From: a virus | Taxonomy: Duplodnaviria; Caudoviricetes | IMG/VR virus record: IMGVR_UViG_3300005758_000686 | Coordinates: 1-31,028 of that record | DNA: 31,028 bases | Direction: 5' to 3' (one strand) | Part shown: piece after piece, positions 26,578 to 31,028 of the stretch | How the letters are laid out: each line of letters begins with the position of its first letter | How positions within the stretch are numbered: the stretch's first letter is position 1 | Program-made: the position numbers and the translations under genes | The notes under the pieces: generated by a model | Told to the model about the DNA's origin: nothing | Databases searched by the model: none | What the model saw: only the letters and a program-made list of their open reading frames with translations

Positions 26578-26751
26578 TTATTTTTCAAGAATGAACGAAG
26601 GAGTCCAAGAGTCGAAGCCTCCTCCGCAATTCAAATGCGTCTTGATCGCCTGAGCTTCGCAGACTGTAGAGCAGACCTTCACGACCTGCTCCGTTCGAGT
26701 CTCGTGAACTTCCCAAGCGTCGCCGTTCTTCTTGATCGTATAATTCATCAT
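26578..26751 (-). CDS. 57 aa hypothetical protein absent from the ORF track
   Basis: Manual translation MMNYTIKKNGDAWEVHETRTEQVVKVCSTVCEAQAIKTHLNCGGGFDSWTPSFILEK; ATG overlaps the helicase stop (TGATG). Confidence 0.75.
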   Translation of the reverse strand: MMNYTIKKNGDAWEVHETRTEQVVKVCSTVCEAQAIKTHLNCGGGFDSWTPSFILEK

Positions 26752-28154
26752 CAAGCAAATCCTTCAAAGTCTTTCTTGTTAAACTTGGGCTTCTTCTTGT
26801 AGAAGTCGCTGTCGCGCTCGCCGAATTCGGACTTGTCCATCACCGGTCGGTCATCAACAATTCCATCCTGAGCGTCTTGTTCAACGTCAAACAGCTTCAT
26901 CTTCGACCGATCGATGCCAACAACAAACCTACGGTACATCGCCGGGTCATTGTAGCGATTCTTCAGCTGCTTCACCATAAGCTGACCCAGGCCTTCGAGT
27001 TCCTCAGACGTAATCAGACCAAGCATCAGGTCGCAAGTCGCTGGGAGACCGATCGACTCGGAAGTGTTGGTCATATCAATGTCAGAGTTGTTGAAGCCTT
27101 CGCGATTGGTCTGAGTGGCCGAAACGATAGGAACGTTGAACTCGACAGCCAGACCGCGAAGCTCTTCAGCAATCGCCTTCACGTACATATATGTGTTGAC
27201 GTTGCTGCCGTACTTCATACGAGAAGAAGCGCAGATGTTCAGGTAATCAATGTAGATGATGTCAGGAACGAAGTTCTTCTTGAGCTTCAACTCATTGATC
27301 AGATGCCTGAAGTTGGCCGAACCAGCAGACGCAGTCGGATACTCCTTGATGATCAGCTTGCCAGTCGTTTTGTTCTTGACTCGCGCGAGCTTACGATCGT
27401 AAGTCTCCTTGTTCATCTCCCCGAGCTCGTCCATAGTGACGTTCATCAGGTTCGCATCAATACGTTCGGCGATACGCTCCTCTGCCATCTCCATAGTGAT
27501 GTACAGAACGTTCTTGCCATCAAGCAGATTACCAGCCGCGCAATGGCACATAAACAAACTCTTGCCGCCACCGGTCGAAGCCATCAAGACATTGAGAGTC
27601 TTCTTTGACAACCCGCCCTTCGTGATCCTGTTCATATAGTCAAGGTTGAACGCGATCTTTTCTTCCTTGCGGTGATAGAACTCATAACGAGAATCAGCAT
27701 CATCAAGGAAGTTGTGGCCAATGTTCGTGTCAAAGCTGATAGCGAGAGCATCAGAAAGGATCTGAGGGATCGCTCCCTTTCCGTTCTTGTTATCCTTGTT
27801 GTCTAGGATCTGAATTGACTGCATAATCGCATTATAGACAGATCGCTCCTGAACGAACTTCTCCGTCTTATCAACGATCCAATCCAACTCAGTCTTCGGG
27901 TCATAGTCAAGCTGTTCTATGGTCTTGGCAATCGTCTTGACCTGCTCATCATTGACGCCAGTCATAGCAGAAAGATCGATAGCCATCGCTTCCTTGGTCG
28001 GGAAGCGATTGTATTTCATCACATAATTTTCGATAATCTCAAACAGAATCTTGTCGTTGACGTCTTGAAAGTACTCCTTCTTGAGGAAGGGGATGACCTT
28101 CCTCCCATAGTCTTCACGAAAAACAAGATTGCCGAATATGGTTTGTTCGATCAT
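26751..28154 (-). CDS. gp41: Replicative DNA helicase (T4 gp41-like, DnaB family)
   Basis: Walker A ASTGGGKS, ITMEMAEE.IAERIDAN, IKEYPT, IDYLNIC, ATQTNR, SESIGLP, QLKNRY. Confidence 0.97.
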   Translation of the reverse strand: MIEQTIFGNLVFREDYGRKVIPFLKKEYFQDVNDKILFEIIENYVMKYNRFPTKEAMAIDLSAMTGVNDEQVKTIAKTIEQLDYDPKTELDWIVDKTEKFVQERSVYNAIMQSIQILDNKDNKNGKGAIPQILSDALAISFDTNIGHNFLDDADSRYEFYHRKEEKIAFNLDYMNRITKGGLSKKTLNVLMASTGGGKSLFMCHCAAGNLLDGKNVLYITMEMAEERIAERIDANLMNVTMDELGEMNKETYDRKLARVKNKTTGKLIIKEYPTASAGSANFRHLINELKLKKNFVPDIIYIDYLNICASSRMKYGSNVNTYMYVKAIAEELRGLAVEFNVPIVSATQTNREGFNNSDIDMTNTSESIGLPATCDLMLGLITSEELEGLGQLMVKQLKNRYNDPAMYRRFVVGIDRSKMKLFDVEQDAQDGIVDDRPVMDKSEFGERDSDFYKKKPKFNKKDFEGFA

Positions 28155-28369
28155 CAATTCTCCATCTTGCTTGATTCGATGTCAAGTATACCAAGGACGT
28201 AGTTCTCGGCCACATCCTCAACGTAGCTCAAGCTGTGTCCCGTATACTCCTTAGAGTCTATCATCGCCTCATTCTTGTAGAAGTCAACAAAAAATCTGTT
28301 GGCCTCTACAATGACTCTGGCCTTACGAACGCCATCCGTGCTGTAGATTACGGACGCAATCTCACTCAT
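28154..28369 (-). CDS. Small hypothetical protein
   Basis: 71 aa, HSLSYVEDVAENYVLGI; overlaps both neighbours. Confidence 0.75.
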   Translation of the reverse strand: MSEIASVIYSTDGVRKARVIVEANRFFVDFYKNEAMIDSKEYTGHSLSYVEDVAENYVLGILDIESSKMEN

Positions 28370-28886
28370 CGGCCGGTTCCTCCTCTCTCATAATCTCGCC
28401 GGTTCCCAGCGAATAGCGGTTCTTGATCCAGGAGGCAAAGTTGGTCTCTTCAAAAATCGACTTCCAAAATTCGCCGTTGTCAACAATGTCGCCAGCACGA
28501 TAGTTCTTGCCCATAATCTCGCCAGTCTCCTGATCAACGCGAGCGTACCAACCCTGCTTCGGCTTAGTCAAGAAGTTGCCTTCAAGAGCCAGATCAAGCA
28601 GACCGGACCACTTGTTGATACCCGAGTCGAAGCTGACGGTGATGGGGATCTTGGACTTCTCCTTGAGGTAACGAGACTTCTCAATGTTGATGACAAAGTG
28701 ATAGCCAAGCAGCTCCTTGTCGTCCTTGTCCTGTTGACGACCAATGATCCAGATGTTGTCGGCTGAGTAGTATATTCCTGTGTTATGGGTTACAGCGCCG
28801 TTCTCCATAATGTAATGTTTAGCATCTGCCACGCTGATATCATAGACTGGCATCACTCCCACCGGTCTCACGCTCTTTACGTACAT
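28362..28886 (-). CDS. uvsX: Split intein C-fragment (35 aa) fused to the C-terminal part of UvsX/RecA
   Basis: AAGGAG SD then MYVKSVRPVGVMPVYDISVADAKHYIMENGAVTHN followed by TGIYYSADNIWIIGRQQDKD..EKSRY..GINKWSGLLDLALE. Confidence 0.93.
   Translation of the reverse strand: MYVKSVRPVGVMPVYDISVADAKHYIMENGAVTHNTGIYYSADNIWIIGRQQDKDDKELLGYHFVINIEKSRYLKEKSKIPITVSFDSGINKWSGLLDLALEGNFLTKPKQGWYARVDQETGEIMGKNYRAGDIVDNGEFWKSIFEETNFASWIKNRYSLGTGEIMREEEPADE
28782..28886 (-). mobile_element. IntC of split intein
   Basis: Block F VYDISV..HY..NG and block G THN with +1 Thr. Confidence 0.93.
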
Positions 28887-29499
28887 TTTCCCATCTCCTT
28901 TTAGCTGCTTCTGATTGTTTTCTGCGATGTTCATCTGATTTTGGTTTTCCCTTGAGTGCATTGCTTATCTTCTTTCCGCTTTTAGCTTTAGATTCAGCTG
29001 TGTGTTTTTTGCCAAAGAAATGATTTGCGTTGCCAGGTCTACCTCTCTTTTTTCTACTTTCTTCGTCCAACACGACTCCTGCGGTCACGCCGACCCAAAT
29101 CTTAGAAATAACGTCTGGGTGATCTCTTCTAAGTCTTGCGACCTTACCAGTCAATGAGTGCTTGTACGTTGCATACTCTGGATTTGTGTATGTGTTTTCA
29201 CAAGCCAATGATCTATTAAAGAATTGGGGCGAGGCAACCACGTTGTTTTGTATCTGGGCGAGCTTCTCATTTTCCAGCGCTTTCTCGTAAGTATTAAACG
29301 ATCCGAGAACGTGCAAGCTGTATGGACAGCCGGATTCAATAGCTGTTTTTAAAGAAGCGTCTTTTGCGGATCCAGCGTAGACCTTACCTCTTTTATCGAC
29401 GATTACGCCCCCAACGACACTACAGTTACTCTTCGATCCAATGTAGTAACGCGGGAAATCTTCGCGATGAAGTTCTATCATATACACTATGTGTTTCAT
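28840..29499 (-). mobile_element. Free-standing GIY-YIG homing endonuclease with NUMOD3-like tail
   Basis: HIVY...YYIGSK, YAGS, ALENE, FFN, NHFFGKKHTAESK, KGKPKSDEHRRKQSE. Confidence 0.9.
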
Positions 29500-29539
29500 A
29501 CCAGCACCTTTTTTGTTTGTTAGGCACTGGTATTTATTA
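29498..29539 (-). promoter_or_regulatory. Late-promoter-like box plus RBS-sequestering hairpin
   Basis: TAATAAATA (29531-29539) overlapping a 12 bp stem ATACCAGTGCCT/AGGTGCTGGTAT (two G-U) that covers AGGT and the AT of the ATG. Confidence 0.8.
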
Positions 29540-29543
29540 CTTT

Positions 29544-30452
29544 CTACGCTTTAACGATTTCCATTCCCGGAACCAGATCTTCCGCATCGATCCATTGATC
29601 GCCCACGAGGAACGGATGATGATTTGAACAGATGATCTTAGTTCCGTCGTCCATTTCAATTTCATAACATTCAGGATGCCCAAACTCGAGAGTCGTCGGA
29701 TCCCAAGTGTCTGTTACTGCCTTAGGGCCTTGTAGAGTGGATACAATATCACCAACCTTGATGTCTTCTACATTCTTGGTGGAGCCATCGTACATTCGAA
29801 TCTTCGATCCAGCGGCGAGGCATCCGCCACTCACCACAGGCTTGGCATACATCTCTTGCGTCATATAGATGTGATTGACGACGACCATAGGAATGTCCTT
29901 GAGCGTCAGGTGAGGTGTGACCATACGGAACAGAGACTTCAGCTGCTTGGCGCGAGTCATATCGGCCGCAGAGCTCTGCTTCATAGCATCTTCAACTTCC
30001 TTCTTAGAAGCAAGATTGCCCACCGAGTCAATGATGATCATCACCTTGTCATTGCGCTTGATCTCGTTCAGCTGATGCATCACATCAAACTTCAGCTGCT
30101 CAATGTCGGTAATCGGCGTATGGATGACCGATTCAAGAGGAACGCCGAAAGAAGTGAAGTAAGACTCCGGAGTTCCGAATTCGGAGTCGTAGAACAGAAT
30201 CATACCGTCCGGATTTGCCTTCAGAAAAGCGGAGCCAAGCAGAAGGCTGAAAGCAGTCTTGAAGTGCTTTGATGGCGCGGCGAGAACCGTAAGGCCAGGC
30301 GTCAACCCGCCATCAATGCTACCCGACAGAGCAACGTTGATCATCGGTACGCGAGTCGGAATCATATCCTTCTTGCCAAAGATCTTCGAGTCGGCCAAAG
30401 TTGCCGTGAAATCGATAGTGCTATTCTTAATCAGTCGTTCGCGCAGAGACAT
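29544..30452 (-). CDS. uvsX: N-terminal part of UvsX/RecA (210 aa) fused to split intein N-fragment (92 aa)
   Basis: INVALSG, P-loop AAPSKHFKT, FYDSEFG, IIDSVGNLAS, DMTRAKQLKSLFR, KPVVSGG then CLAAGSKI..ICSNHHPF. Confidence 0.95.
   Translation of the reverse strand: MSLRERLIKNSTIDFTATLADSKIFGKKDMIPTRVPMINVALSGSIDGGLTPGLTVLAAPSKHFKTAFSLLLGSAFLKANPDGMILFYDSEFGTPESYFTSFGVPLESVIHTPITDIEQLKFDVMHQLNEIKRNDKVMIIIDSVGNLASKKEVEDAMKQSSAADMTRAKQLKSLFRMVTPHLTLKDIPMVVVNHIYMTQEMYAKPVVSGGCLAAGSKIRMYDGSTKNVEDIKVGDIVSTLQGPKAVTDTWDPTTLEFGHPECYEIEMDDGTKIICSNHHPFLVGDQWIDAEDLVPGMEIVKA
29547..29822 (-). mobile_element. IntN of split intein
   Basis: Block A CLAAGSKIRMYDG, VEDIKVGD.V, block B GTKIICSNHHPF, W.DAEDL.PGM then TAG. 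Confidence 0.93.
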
Positions 30453-30500
30453 ACATTGTCCTCCATAAAGTGATATTCAACCATTGTAAACTACAACAGC

Positions 30501-30833
30501 TCATTCGTCAATCAGTTTGTCCATCTTCTTGATGAACGCGTCAACGCTCTTGATCCGCTCCTTACCAGGCCATTGAATGATGTCCTTGTCGGGGTTTTTC
30601 TTGAGGTTGAGCAAGAGTGGCATAATCATAGCGCGCAGCTTCCGGATCTTCTCTTCATCAACAACAGCTACAATTCTGGTGAACTGCTCTTCGTTGACGA
30701 ACGTGAAGCCAAAGTCGTGTTCTTCGTTCATTTCGATTGTTCCTTCTTTTTGAAGATTGGTATATTCGCAGCCGATCTCGCATTCGCGATACAAACCACA
30801 AGGACAGCCGCCGCCCTGATCGAACTTAGCCAT
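30501..30833 (-). CDS. Hypothetical protein between polymerase and uvsX
   Basis: DFGFTFV and IMPLLLNLKKNPDKDIIQWP; ATG overlaps the polymerase stop; an alternative start at MNEEHDFGF is possible. Confidence 0.8.
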   Translation of the reverse strand: MAKFDQGGGCPCGLYRECEIGCEYTNLQKEGTIEMNEEHDFGFTFVNEEQFTRIVAVVDEEKIRKLRAMIMPLLLNLKKNPDKDIIQWPGKERIKSVDAFIKKMDKLIDE

Positions 30834-31028
30834 CAGTCGAAAAAGCTTTCAAGCGTGCTGCGTTGTTCGGTATCCCAACCGATGATCTCAAGGATCGACT
30901 TGATGGGATCAAGGAAGCACTTTTGAAACTGCATCTCATAGTCGATATACTTCTGCAGTCCAAGCTCTTCTGGGAGATTATCAAGAACTGAGATCACTGT
31001 GTCATTCAGGATGTTCGGCTTCTTCAGA
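30833..31028 (-). CDS. gp43: DNA polymerase (T4 gp43-like, family B), C-terminal fragment
   Basis: Manual translation LKKPN..LPEELGLQKYIDYEMQFQKCFLDPIKSILEIIGWDTEQRSTLESFFD with a terminal clamp-binding motif. Confidence 0.93.
   Translation of the reverse strand, partial: LKKPNILNDTVISVLDNLPEELGLQKYIDYEMQFQKCFLDPIKSILEIIGWDTEQRSTLESFFD

Noticed and set aside
26585-26767. 60 aa ORF in the track
   Set aside because: An alternative frame (26578-26751) has a TGATG-coupled start and a more protein-like sequence
11909-28154. Inteins or introns in nrdA, primase or gp41
   Set aside because: These common insertion targets read as uninterrupted proteins of normal length
28887-28961. 25 aa N-terminal extension of IntC in the ORF track
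   Set aside because: Lies in another frame of the endonuclease gene; the strong AAGGAG SD points to ATG 28886
28887-29546. Group I intron interrupting uvsX
   Set aside because: Only 44 non-coding nt flank the endonuclease, leaving no room for a ribozyme core, and both halves carry intein motifs with their own stop and start signals
1-31028. tRNA genes, CRISPR arrays or long tandem repeats
   Set aside because: None seen by eye; intergenic gaps are short and show no cloverleaf or repeat-spacer pattern, though tRNAscan-SE was not run
1-31028. Stop-codon reassignment
   Set aside because: Core genes are full length under the standard code and end in TAA, TGA or TAG at expected positions

Overview
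A 31 kb segment of a large T4-like myophage genome. Every credible gene is on the minus strand except one inserted homing endonuclease. In transcription order (right to left): the C-terminus of DNA polymerase gp43; a uvsX/recA gene fractured by a naturally split intein with a free-standing GIY-YIG endonuclease between the halves; gp41 helicase; a candidate late ncRNA with terminator; a late module of probable virion and internal head proteins (including a ligase-like/HIGH nucleotidyltransferase fusion, a GNAT-like protein and Dps); primase gp61; thyX; nrdA/nrdB; RlpA; glutaredoxin; AdoMet decarboxylase; a heptose/sugar-modification cluster whose HddA-like kinase has a +1 frameshift in a T7 run next to an antisense endonuclease insertion; and RNase H. 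All three GIY-YIG-type ORFs are preceded by a late-promoter-like box and a hairpin covering the translation start region. All calls come from motif recognition by eye; no database searches were run.
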